This document shows positions 19,115 to 26,576 of a stretch of DNA of 26,576 nt, in pieces. The stretch is taken from IMG/VR virus record IMGVR_UViG_3300042486_001111; one strand, written 5' to 3'. How positions within the stretch are numbered: the first letter of the stretch is position 1; each line of letters begins with the position of its first letter. The stretch is from a virus (taxonomy: Duplodnaviria > Heunggongvirae > Uroviricota > Caudoviricetes). The notes under the pieces are model-generated. The model worked only from the letters and a program-made list of their open reading frames with translations. It made no database searches and was not told the DNA's origin. The translations under genes and the position numbers were made by a program.

Positions 19115-20014
19115 TTAAAACGGTAATTCGTCATCATCACTATCTAATGAAGTTACTCCAAAATCAGTATCTTCATCTTCACTATCATATTCAGATTCAA
19201 ATGACTTAGAAGTTTCAGTTCTCATCATATTGATTTCATCAGTTAAAGACGCAGTTTCTTTTTCTTCTTTGTCTTCTTCTGCAACGAACTTCTTCTGTTC
19301 CGAATCCCAAATAGGTGTTTTATTAGTAGCCACAATTTCTAAATACTCTTGAGACTTTTTAGAATAAACATCTCTGTGTGTTTCATCGTTGTTAAACCAA
19401 TCATTCGCCTTTTCTTTATCCTTAGTAAGGATAGATGAATCGTCAGCCATAATAGAATTTACAACACTAAAATTTTTGTCATTTCTACCTGTAGTGATGA
19501 TAATATCTCTACCTTCTCTAGGATCAGTAATATCACCTTTTAATTTAAATAAAGGAATGATTTTATCCATAATACCGTCACCAGTATATTTGTGCTTAAA
19601 TCTCCAAAATTTAACTCCGTGATCTTCATTCTCTCTATCAATACCTTTAACTACATAGAATTTTCTAGGTATGAAGTCTTTCGCCAATTTCTTAGCCTTT
19701 TCTGAACCATCTTCATATAAGGCGTCTTTAGCCTCACATAGTGGACAGTGTTCACCATCGTTTAAATGGTTACAATAAATTTTATCCCAATTACCATTAA
19801 CTAATTTTTCATGATAATAAACCTCCGTAAATGGAGAACTACCATCTTTTGTAGGTAAGATTCGGAATGTTTTTGTGTGGGATTTTACCCCTTTAGGTAG
19901 TTTCTCACTGAAGTACTTTTTAAGTCTGTCTTCATTAGAGAGTTTTTTACCACTTTTCGCTGGCTCAGTGTTTTTTTCGTACTGAGACAGAATTGCATCT
20001 AAAGTATTACTCAT
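19115..20014 (-). CDS. Single-stranded DNA-binding protein, T4 gp32-like
   Basis: FRILP...PFTEVYYH...IYCNHLNDGEHCPLC (Zn site), GVKFWRF, DITDPREGRDIII; acidic tail ending DDDELPF. Confidence 0.85.
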   Translation of the reverse strand: MSNTLDAILSQYEKNTEPAKSGKKLSNEDRLKKYFSEKLPKGVKSHTKTFRILPTKDGSSPFTEVYYHEKLVNGNWDKIYCNHLNDGEHCPLCEAKDALYEDGSEKAKKLAKDFIPRKFYVVKGIDRENEDHGVKFWRFKHKYTGDGIMDKIIPLFKLKGDITDPREGRDIIITTGRNDKNFSVVNSIMADDSSILTKDKEKANDWFNNDETHRDVYSKKSQEYLEIVATNKTPIWDSEQKKFVAEEDKEEKETASLTDEINMMRTETSKSFESEYDSEDEDTDFGVTSLDSDDDELPF

Positions 20015-20038
20015 TGTATAAAAATTTTAAATTATATA

Positions 20039-20069
20039 CAAATATACTAAAGATATTCCTAAAAGTCAA
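20039..20069 (-). promoter_or_regulatory. Host-sigma promoter TTGACT-N17-TATATTTG driving the SSB-recA-exo-helicase operon
   Basis: Fits both the Bacteroidota TTG-N20-TAnnTTTG and sigma70 -35/-10 geometry; 24 nt upstream of the SSB ATG. Confidence 0.75.
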
Positions 20070-20084
20070 TAAAAATCGGGGTTT

Positions 20085-20825
20085 TTAGTTATTTTCTTCG
20101 TCTTTTGTGAATTGGAAAGATTTTCTAATATCTTTTTCGTTGTAGTTATCAACATCACTCTGTTTAAGGACAAACTCTTCTTCGTCTTCGGTTGCCTCAT
20201 AACCTTCTTTGTCTTTCCAGAAATCAGTTAATTTAATACTATATGGGAATGAGTCCATAGATCTCATCTCTAATCTTTCTACAGGTGTTGGATTTCTTTT
20301 TTCAATTTGTTTTTCTAACTCATCGATTTTATTAATCACATTATCCATACCAGAAACTTGATTTTCTAATTCAGATAATTTACCCAACAACTCATCCATT
20401 TTACTACTCATACCTTCTACAGAAGATTTAGTCGCTTCAGTTTTGTCTACGATATCAGTCACATCTATTTCAACAGATTCTTCACCAGTTTCTGTACTAG
20501 CCGTAGGAGTTTCAGTTGCAGTTTCATCCGCATCAACATCTTCTACTTCCGCATCATCTGCCAATGGATCAGTTTCAGGTGTTTCTCCACCTGCTTCAGG
20601 TGCAGTTTCCGCACCAGCTTCAGGTGCAGTTTCATCACCACCTAACGACATAAAAGGATCATCCCCTTCTGTATCTTCATCACCCGCAGGATCCTGCTCT
20701 GTAATGTATTGATCATCTGTAAGAAGTGTACCGTTCACATCTTTTTCATTTTCAGGTACATAAAATGTGTACTCCAATAATTGTTTATATCTTTTTAATT
20801 CCTCAGAAAGTACTTTTTTGTTCAT
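20085..20825 (-). CDS. 246-aa acidic coiled-coil protein, possibly a prohead core/scaffold or internal head protein
   Basis: Leader LSEELKRYKQLLEY...ITEQ; D/E/T/A/P-rich linker; heptads MSSKMDELLGKLSELENQVSGMDNVINKIDELEKQIEK. Function is inference. Confidence 0.55.
   Translation of the reverse strand: MNKKVLSEELKRYKQLLEYTFYVPENEKDVNGTLLTDDQYITEQDPAGDEDTEGDDPFMSLGGDETAPEAGAETAPEAGGETPETDPLADDAEVEDVDADETATETPTASTETGEESVEIDVTDIVDKTEATKSSVEGMSSKMDELLGKLSELENQVSGMDNVINKIDELEKQIEKRNPTPVERLEMRSMDSFPYSIKLTDFWKDKEGYEATEDEEEFVLKQSDVDNYNEKDIRKSFQFTKDEENN
20593..20633. repeat. 24-bp-period in-frame tandem duplication (ETAPEAG x2)
   Basis: gcttcaggtgcagtttc at 20593-20609 and 20617-20633. Confidence 0.85.
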
Positions 20826-20826
20826 A

Positions 20827-21015
20827 TCACATTATTAGTTGTCTACCGTCATTAGTTTTATATATCTTATTCACTCTCTCTACAATTTCTTTTCCATCAT
20901 TAATAAGACATTCTTCTCCAACACAATCTTCTTTTTTTGCGTTGTTATCATTTAAAAAATCGTTAAGTGACTTTTCTAAATTATCGTTTTTTTTAGTATC
21001 TCTATTTGTTTCCAT
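20827..21015 (-). CDS. 62-aa hypothetical protein (CxxxxC; ends DGRQLIM)
   Basis: ATG 11 nt after the TATTTATATA motif; stop 1 nt before the next ATG. Confidence 0.7.
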   Translation of the reverse strand: METNRDTKKNDNLEKSLNDFLNDNNAKKEDCVGEECLINDGKEIVERVNKIYKTNDGRQLIM

Positions 21016-21026
21016 AATACTTTTAT

Positions 21027-21040
21027 TATATAAATATTGT
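21027..21040 (-). promoter_or_regulatory. Putative late-type promoter motif ACAATATTTATATA
   Basis: Exact 14-nt match to 10153-10166; intergenic. Confidence 0.6.
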
Positions 21041-21044
21041 GAAA

Positions 21045-21476
21045 TTAAGAAAAATGTTTTTTTATGTCGATAATTTTTAATTCATCGTTTTTAACTATTA
21101 TCATTTTGTTTTGATAATCGTCCCAATTTATTTTAACATTTTTATAATCTAGATTACCAACTTCGTGTTCACTTATTTTTTCTATTAACTTATTTAATGC
21201 ATTAATAGTATAAAAACACTCTCCCTTTTTGTGGACTATTATTGTTGGTGGGAAAAATGAAGATGTTTCCACTTTTTGATCTTGTTCAACCTTAACCATA
21301 AAGGTTAAAATATTTTTATTTAATTCTTCAAAATTATATTGAAATATGTTTTTTTCTTTGATTCCAAATCTTTTATATAAATAATTTTTAAAACTTTCTA
21401 ATTTATCCTGATATACAAAAGATGCTAATGTTATATTTTTACCGCTCGTCTCCATTTCCATAAATGTAAGGGACAT
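21045..21476 (-). CDS. ~140-aa hypothetical protein (start may be 21461 or 21455)
   Basis: ORF overlaps the end of the upstream gene; contains IIVHKKGECFYTINALNKLI; no known function recognised. Confidence 0.7.
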   Translation of the reverse strand: MSLTFMEMETSGKNITLASFVYQDKLESFKNYLYKRFGIKEKNIFQYNFEELNKNILTFMVKVEQDQKVETSSFFPPTIIVHKKGECFYTINALNKLIEKISEHEVGNLDYKNVKINWDDYQNKMIIVKNDELKIIDIKKHFS

Positions 21477-22041
21477 ATCTATTTTTATTTTTTAGTTTGT
21501 ATATTAAATCCTTACATTTATTAAATATCTTATGATCTACCAAAGTAATATCATTTATCCTTTTAATTCTACTTATTATCTTATCTTTTTTATTTTCGAA
21601 ATATTCTAAAACATTTAAATCTATGCCAAATATTATATTTTCACTGTATATGTAAACCATACCGTTTTCTGTAAAATAAATTACTGGTGAACTAAGAGAC
21701 AATATTTTTTTTATTATTCTATAATTTACTCTTTTACTACCATAGAGTATATCTAAAAAAACATAAGGGATGTTTTCACCAAATTTATCAAAACAATATT
21801 CTTTAAATTGTTCAAAATCACTTTCAAAATCAGATTTTCTTTCTGTTTGATCAAAAGTCCAAAATAGGTTATTACTTATATTTTTATGAATTATAGATAT
21901 TCCTTCACCTAACAATTCTTTAGATAATTTTCTACCAATTATAAGTGTTGGTAATCCTTTATTAATAGATTCTAAATCATCACACACATTGAAATTATCA
22001 ACGTTTAATTTAGTCTTAGTTACTATATTACCTATATTCAT
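21439..22041 (-). CDS. 200-aa hypothetical protein
   Basis: ORF with its own promoter box 4 nt upstream of the ATG; no recognised domain. Confidence 0.7.
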   Translation of the reverse strand: MNIGNIVTKTKLNVDNFNVCDDLESINKGLPTLIIGRKLSKELLGEGISIIHKNISNNLFWTFDQTERKSDFESDFEQFKEYCFDKFGENIPYVFLDILYGSKRVNYRIIKKILSLSSPVIYFTENGMVYIYSENIIFGIDLNVLEYFENKKDKIISRIKRINDITLVDHKIFNKCKDLIYKLKNKNRYVPYIYGNGDER

Positions 22042-22045
22042 AATA

Positions 22046-22076
22046 CAAATATAGTGATTTTTTTTTAAAAAGTTAA
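22046..22076 (-). promoter_or_regulatory. Host-sigma-type promoter TTAACT-N17-TATATTTG
   Basis: Same -7 octamer and 17-nt spacer as the other two sites; ends 4 nt before the ATG at 22041. Confidence 0.65.
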
Positions 22077-22079
22077 GTT

Positions 22080-25000
22080 TTATGCTGGTTTAAAGTAATC
22101 TATTAACGGTTGACCGTCTTTACCAACAAAAATTGTAAGTACATTTTGGAATGTCTCTATTGATTTATCAGATTTAGGTGGCGAGAATTGGTGAGCAGTG
22201 TCAAGACATTTTTTATATGTTGCCAAAGTACCGTTATTTTTTTGTGATGTGTAAAAATAAGAAGTTTGTGGATTGTTACCTTTTAAACCTTTAAAGTATT
22301 TCCATTGTACAATAGAAGTCTGTATTGCACTATCAACACTATCACTTAACCTAAATGGATTTGTTATTGAAACTTCCCCACTTTTATTAAATTCTTCATA
22401 CAATTGAAAGTATTGTTTTCTTCCAACAATATAAAGGAAACCTCTAGGTCTAAATCTATATGCATCACCATCAAAAATATTATAATAATCTAATACTTTT
22501 ATTTGTGATTCATCCTCTTTTTTTAATTTAGTTAAGGCTTCATTTAATAGTTTTATTTTTTCCGCTTCTGATGGTATTGACGGATTAAAAGTTTTTATCT
22601 TTTCATTAATTTCTTTTTTCTTAGCCTCTATGTTGTCGTTTTCTTTATATTCGTTTAGTGTTGGATTTCCAGCAATTTGATAGGCTTTTTTATTGTCTAA
22701 ACCTGTGGTTGCGGTTGGGGTTGATGCTAAAATACCTAATCCAGTAACACTATTATAATATCTAGTTTGTCCAGATGCTATTGAATCATTAGATGGGAAT
22801 TTAACTACATGTTCTTCCTTTTTAGGATCGTCCCAAGGCATTTCTTTATTTAAAAAGTTTTCTGAATTTGCTAACATTGCAGATAACAACATAGTAACCT
22901 GAGTATTTTTTATAATTTGATTACTTTTAAATTGTTGCGTTAATGAACTTATTAGTGAAGTTAATTCCGCATCAGTATAGTTTGTAACTCCTAAATTTCT
23001 GAAGTTAATTAAACCTCCATTTGTAAAATTAGTATCAAAATCAAAATCATCCCCACCTTCAATATCTTCCCTTACACCAAATCCTGAAACAGTAGTTAAA
23101 TTAGTAAATTCTATTTTAGGTACATCACTTATTTCATTTAAATCTATATCTAAGTCAGCAGTAATTTCTGTGTTTGGTGCAGAAATAAACTTTGATTGCC
23201 TTACACCTTCAAAATTAGTTGTCATATGGTTTGGACTAATGTTATGACTAACACTAGTTATTAAATAAGCCCCATTAAAAAATGGTACGTTTTGTAAGTC
23301 AAAATACATTAATGGTTGTATATTCATACAACCCATAGAGTCAACTTTACAGGTATATGACCTAGTTTTAAATAATCTAAGTAAATCAGTTCCTACATAT
23401 GTTTTTTGAGTACCACCTCGTTTATCCACTAAATCTGATAAAGCCTTAAAATACTCACCAGTTTCTCTATGTTCTTGTTGACTTAAGGAAACATTTTTGA
23501 AAATTGTTTGGTTTTGTGCACCAAATGCAACTCTAAAGGCGACTAAAGAATTTTGTCCATTATTAATTATGTCTGGAGGTGAGTCATTTTTACTAGTTGG
23601 ATCATTAGGATTCGGAAAACTATAACCATCATTAGCAAAAAAGTTATTATTTCTTTCTTTAATATCTAAAGCCTGTGACGCTCCTCCGATATATATACAA
23701 CAAAATATTGGACCTTGTGATTTATTACTATCTAATGTTGTTTGTGGTTTAAATATTTTAGCAACCTCAACACCACTTTTATAATTAATGTAAGTTGGTA
23801 ATATCTGGAAAAGGAAATTACTATCTCTTAATAGTTTGGACATAAAGAAATAAACACTAGTATCTAAATTACTACCTAAGGTTAGAAAACTTTTTAAATT
23901 AAATGTTGCCTTATCACCTATATCATTCCAACCTCTATCAATAAATTTAAAATAGTCAATTAATGGTGTTTCAGAATTTCCACCACAAATATTAAATCCT
24001 TTTCTATCTGAACCAACCCATTTACTATTTATGTTTTTAAAATAATTATATAATTGTAATTTTAACTTTACTGTACTTTTATTTTCACTTTGTTTTACTT
24101 CTTCAGTATTCGTACTATTTCCATTTTTATTTGTCTGTTCTTGTTTAGTAAACGATTCTTTAAAACTTTTTATATATTCTTTAATACTATTGTTAGAAAT
24201 TTTTAAACCTACAGGAACATTTTTATTATTAAATATGTCTGGGTTTAATATAATCATATCAGTTGTTTCTTTAAGTGTACTTAAAATATATGATTTTGAT
24301 GAGTTAACATCGTTGGTACTACCACTTACCGAGTTTAACGTTGATACTAACGTATTAACATTCTTTTCAAAGGTACCATTAAACGTATTATTAAAATTTT
24401 GATTATCTACCCAATTTTTAAACTCATTTATAAATGTTATTTTTGTAGATATAGGTAAAGTTTTTAAATTTTCTTCTATAGATTTTTGCTTAGTATTATA
24501 CCCTATTTTAGATAAGTATTCATCTTTTGGAGTTATAAATTCTGAGTAATCTTTTCCGTTACTAATAACATTTACTAATGGATCTAAAGATTCCCCATAT
24601 CTCCACAATATACTACCAATAAAATAGATATACATTTTAGGTAGATTTACAATTCTTGCACCAACAAAATTATTACCAGAAAAAACTGAATTCAAAAATC
24701 CTTCTTTAAAATCTCTGAAAGGGAATGTAGATAATAAAAGATATGCCCTACTATAATTACTTAATTGTTGTTTATAAAAAGGACTATCAGTTATTAAATC
24801 CTCAAATGCATTCGCAGTTTTACTTTTAAAATTAGATATATTAATATATTTACTACCATATGTACCACCAGAAGGGTTATAATCCTCTAGTATTGTTTTG
24901 TTTAAGTCTCCAGTAATATCCCCACTTGATTTTAGTAAGTTTTTACATACTTCTAAATCCCAAACATTAAACGAATTATATGTCGTTAAATTATTAGACT

Positions 25001-26576
25001 TGCTATAAAAGTTTTTGTAGAATAAAGGTCCTGTTTCTTTTCTGTTTATACCATTTCCATTTTTTTCATCTGTTAAATTACCATAGAGTGAATCTTCCCT
25101 TATTTCTTTAAATAAGTTTTTTGAATTATTAATAATTCCGTTAACATCAAAGAGCATATATTCTGCTTCTGAATTATATTTACCACTTATATTAAATCCA
25201 TCGATTTTTGGTAATGCGGTTTCTTCTTTTAATAGAAGTAAATCGTTATCATTAATAACATTATCTTTATAAAAATTTGTATTTTCATAGACACTACTAT
25301 CTCTATCCATTTCATTCAACAAATTAGTTATAATGTCTCTAACATTTTTTGAATATATGGTTCTATTGGCAGCAATTGCCTCGAATTTTGAATAATCACT
25401 AATTGATTTTAAACCAGTGTCTTTATCAAATAATGAATAATTATCTAAAACTACTGATCTAACAATAAATTTTTCTACCAATTCTTCTTTAATAGAATTA
25501 ATATCGTTTAATGTATTAATTTTTAACCATGGGTTTGTGTTATAATCAATTGGGTTAATAGGGAACCAATTATCCGTATCTAAACCATTTTTTAAAGTAG
25601 TAGCCTTAGTAACTTCCTCTAGTGTTTTTCTTTTTGAAACTAAAATATCAAACACTTCTTCAGTAAATCCCCATTCAGGGAAATCATTAGGGTTTATACC
25701 TGATACTTCACCTATATAAATTTCTTCTGAACTACCATCGGTATTATTTTGATATATTGAGGGCCAAGCAGCACTATTAATACCTGTAGGAATATCAGTA
25801 CTATATCTACTTAAAATAGAACTCCTACTATTAGACTTACTTTTTTGTTCAGACTCAAAACTTATATCATAAATAGTCTCAACCATTGCCTGAGTATTAT
25901 TCGCAATAATCTCAAAACAATTATCTATTGTAGGTTTAAACCCAAACTTATCTTTGAAATTTTTTAATAATTGTTCATTTATTTCTGACTGAACTACTTC
26001 CCTTTGTATCTTTATAATTTCTTCTAATTCTATTATTGAGTACTCAACTAACTCTCTTTGTTTCCTAAAATCCGCAACCAAAACTTGTGAATTTTTACCC
26101 ATAGTAGGGGAATAGAAAGTACCATCATTTACTAATTTTTTAAATAATTCTATATTAAATGAGTTATTTTTTCCTGATTTATCACCATCATAACTATTAA
26201 GTAAGTAAAGATTATTTGTTCCACCACTTAAATAAAATAAATCCAAAACATTATTATATGTTGTTCCCGATATCTTTCCATTAGTATCTTTTGTAGGTGA
26301 CACTATATAATCTTCCCATGCATTTTCTGATAAAATATTAGGAAATGAATTAATTAATTCTTGATCCTTCGCATTCGCCTTATTTTCACTACCACTTATT
26401 TTTTCAATCTTTTTTTGGTTTTTTTCTTTTGCTTCTGATAAAGTATTAGTAGGTTTATATTCTATTCTTTTATCGGAAGAAAGATATTCTTGATATTTTT
26501 TTATTATATCACTTAATGTTGTGATATATGATTTAAACGCACCTCTATTGACAGAATTGAAAACTATATAATCCCT
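22080..26576 (-). CDS. Very large baseplate hub-like protein (>1498 aa, 5'-truncated) with C-terminal degenerate GH19-like domain
   Basis: Frame is open from the window end (RDYIVFNSVNRGAFKS...) through the track's GTG at 26303. RSYTCKVDSMGCMNIQPLMYFDLQNVPFFNGAYLITSVSHNISPNHMTTNFEGVR resembles the gp27/Mu gp44/VgrG hub C-terminal motif; DGDAYRFRPRGFLYIVGRKQY resembles GH19. Confidence 0.7.
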   Translation of the reverse strand, partial: RDYIVFNSVNRGAFKSYITTLSDIIKKYQEYLSSDKRIEYKPTNTLSEAKEKNQKKIEKISGSENKANAKDQELINSFPNILSENAWEDYIVSPTKDTNGKISGTTYNNVLDLFYLSGGTNNLYLLNSYDGDKSGKNNSFNIELFKKLVNDGTFYSPTMGKNSQVLVADFRKQRELVEYSIIELEEIIKIQREVVQSEINEQLLKNFKDKFGFKPTIDNCFEIIANNTQAMVETIYDISFESEQKSKSNSRSSILSRYSTDIPTGINSAAWPSIYQNNTDGSSEEIYIGEVSGINPNDFPEWGFTEEVFDILVSKRKTLEEVTKATTLKNGLDTDNWFPINPIDYNTNPWLKINTLNDINSIKEELVEKFIVRSVVLDNYSLFDKDTGLKSISDYSKFEAIAANRTIYSKNVRDIITNLLNEMDRDSSVYENTNFYKDNVINDNDLLLLKEETALPKIDGFNISGKYNSEAEYMLFDVNGIINNSKNLFKEIREDSLYGNLTDEKNGNGINRKETGPLFYKNFYSKSNNLTTYNSFNVWDLEVCKNLLKSSGDITGDLNKTILEDYNPSGGTYGSKYINISNFKSKTANAFEDLITDSPFYKQQLSNYSRAYLLLSTFPFRDFKEGFLNSVFSGNNFVGARIVNLPKMYIYFIGSILWRYGESLDPLVNVISNGKDYSEFITPKDEYLSKIGYNTKQKSIEENLKTLPISTKITFINEFKNWVDNQNFNNTFNGTFEKNVNTLVSTLNSVSGSTNDVNSSKSYILSTLKETTDMIILNPDIFNNKNVPVGLKISNNSIKEYIKSFKESFTKQEQTNKNGNSTNTEEVKQSENKSTVKLKLQLYNYFKNINSKWVGSDRKGFNICGGNSETPLIDYFKFIDRGWNDIGDKATFNLKSFLTLGSNLDTSVYFFMSKLLRDSNFLFQILPTYINYKSGVEVAKIFKPQTTLDSNKSQGPIFCCIYIGGASQALDIKERNNNFFANDGYSFPNPNDPTSKNDSPPDIINNGQNSLVAFRVAFGAQNQTIFKNVSLSQQEHRETGEYFKALSDLVDKRGGTQKTYVGTDLLRLFKTRSYTCKVDSMGCMNIQPLMYFDLQNVPFFNGAYLITSVSHNISPNHMTTNFEGVRQSKFISAPNTEITADLDIDLNEISDVPKIEFTNLTTVSGFGVREDIEGGDDFDFDTNFTNGGLINFRNLGVTNYTDAELTSLISSLTQQFKSNQIIKNTQVTMLLSAMLANSENFLNKEMPWDDPKKEEHVVKFPSNDSIASGQTRYYNSVTGLGILASTPTATTGLDNKKAYQIAGNPTLNEYKENDNIEAKKKEINEKIKTFNPSIPSEAEKIKLLNEALTKLKKEDESQIKVLDYYNIFDGDAYRFRPRGFLYIVGRKQYFQLYEEFNKSGEVSITNPFRLSDSVDSAIQTSIVQWKYFKGLKGNNPQTSYFYTSQKNNGTLATYKKCLDTAHQFSPPKSDKSIETFQNVLTIFVGKDGQPLIDYFKPA

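Noticed and set aside
16966-24402. ORFs 16966, 17265, 17900, 18042, 18525, 19027, 19389, 20443, 20726 and 24190
   Set aside because: All overlap conserved or well-supported genes and have no independent support.
1-26576. Stop-codon reassignment, tRNAs, CRISPR arrays, riboswitches, DGR repeats
   Set aside because: The standard code gives near-complete coding density, intergenic gaps are under 90 nt, and no repeat-spacer array, cloverleaf or long near-identical repeat pair was seen by eye.

Overview
AT-rich (roughly 28-30% GC by eye), densely coding segment of a large contractile-tailed (myovirus-like) dsDNA phage, most likely infecting Bacteroidota/Flavobacteria. Host evidence: TAnnTTTG -7 promoter boxes, A-rich leaders without Shine-Dalgarno, a signal peptide ending at Gln, and a Flavobacterium-type peptide motif. 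All credible genes but one are on the minus strand. In transcription order (right to left): a very large baseplate-hub-like protein with a C-terminal degenerate GH19 domain (5'-truncated); three small unknowns; an acidic coiled-coil protein; a replication/recombination operon (gp32-like SSB, RecA/UvsX, 5'-3' exonuclease, unknown, DnaB/gp41 helicase, class II B12-dependent RNR, DUF5522-like protein); a lone plus-strand secreted Zn-metalloprotease cassette; a 694-aa Cys-repeat protein; and a baseplate operon (gp25-like, gp6-like wedge, membrane protein, three large or truncated putative structural proteins). Most notable: two unrelated proteins share an N-terminal leader (LxEELxRxKxLxxY...ITE...DPxGDE) resembling a capsid-targeting/protease-cleaved propeptide, and both lie downstream of a repeated TATTTATATA motif. 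One carries an OmpA-like domain plus four 8-Cys repeats. Two promoter classes are visible, and they overlap at one divergent locus. All family calls come from motif recognition; no database searches were run.
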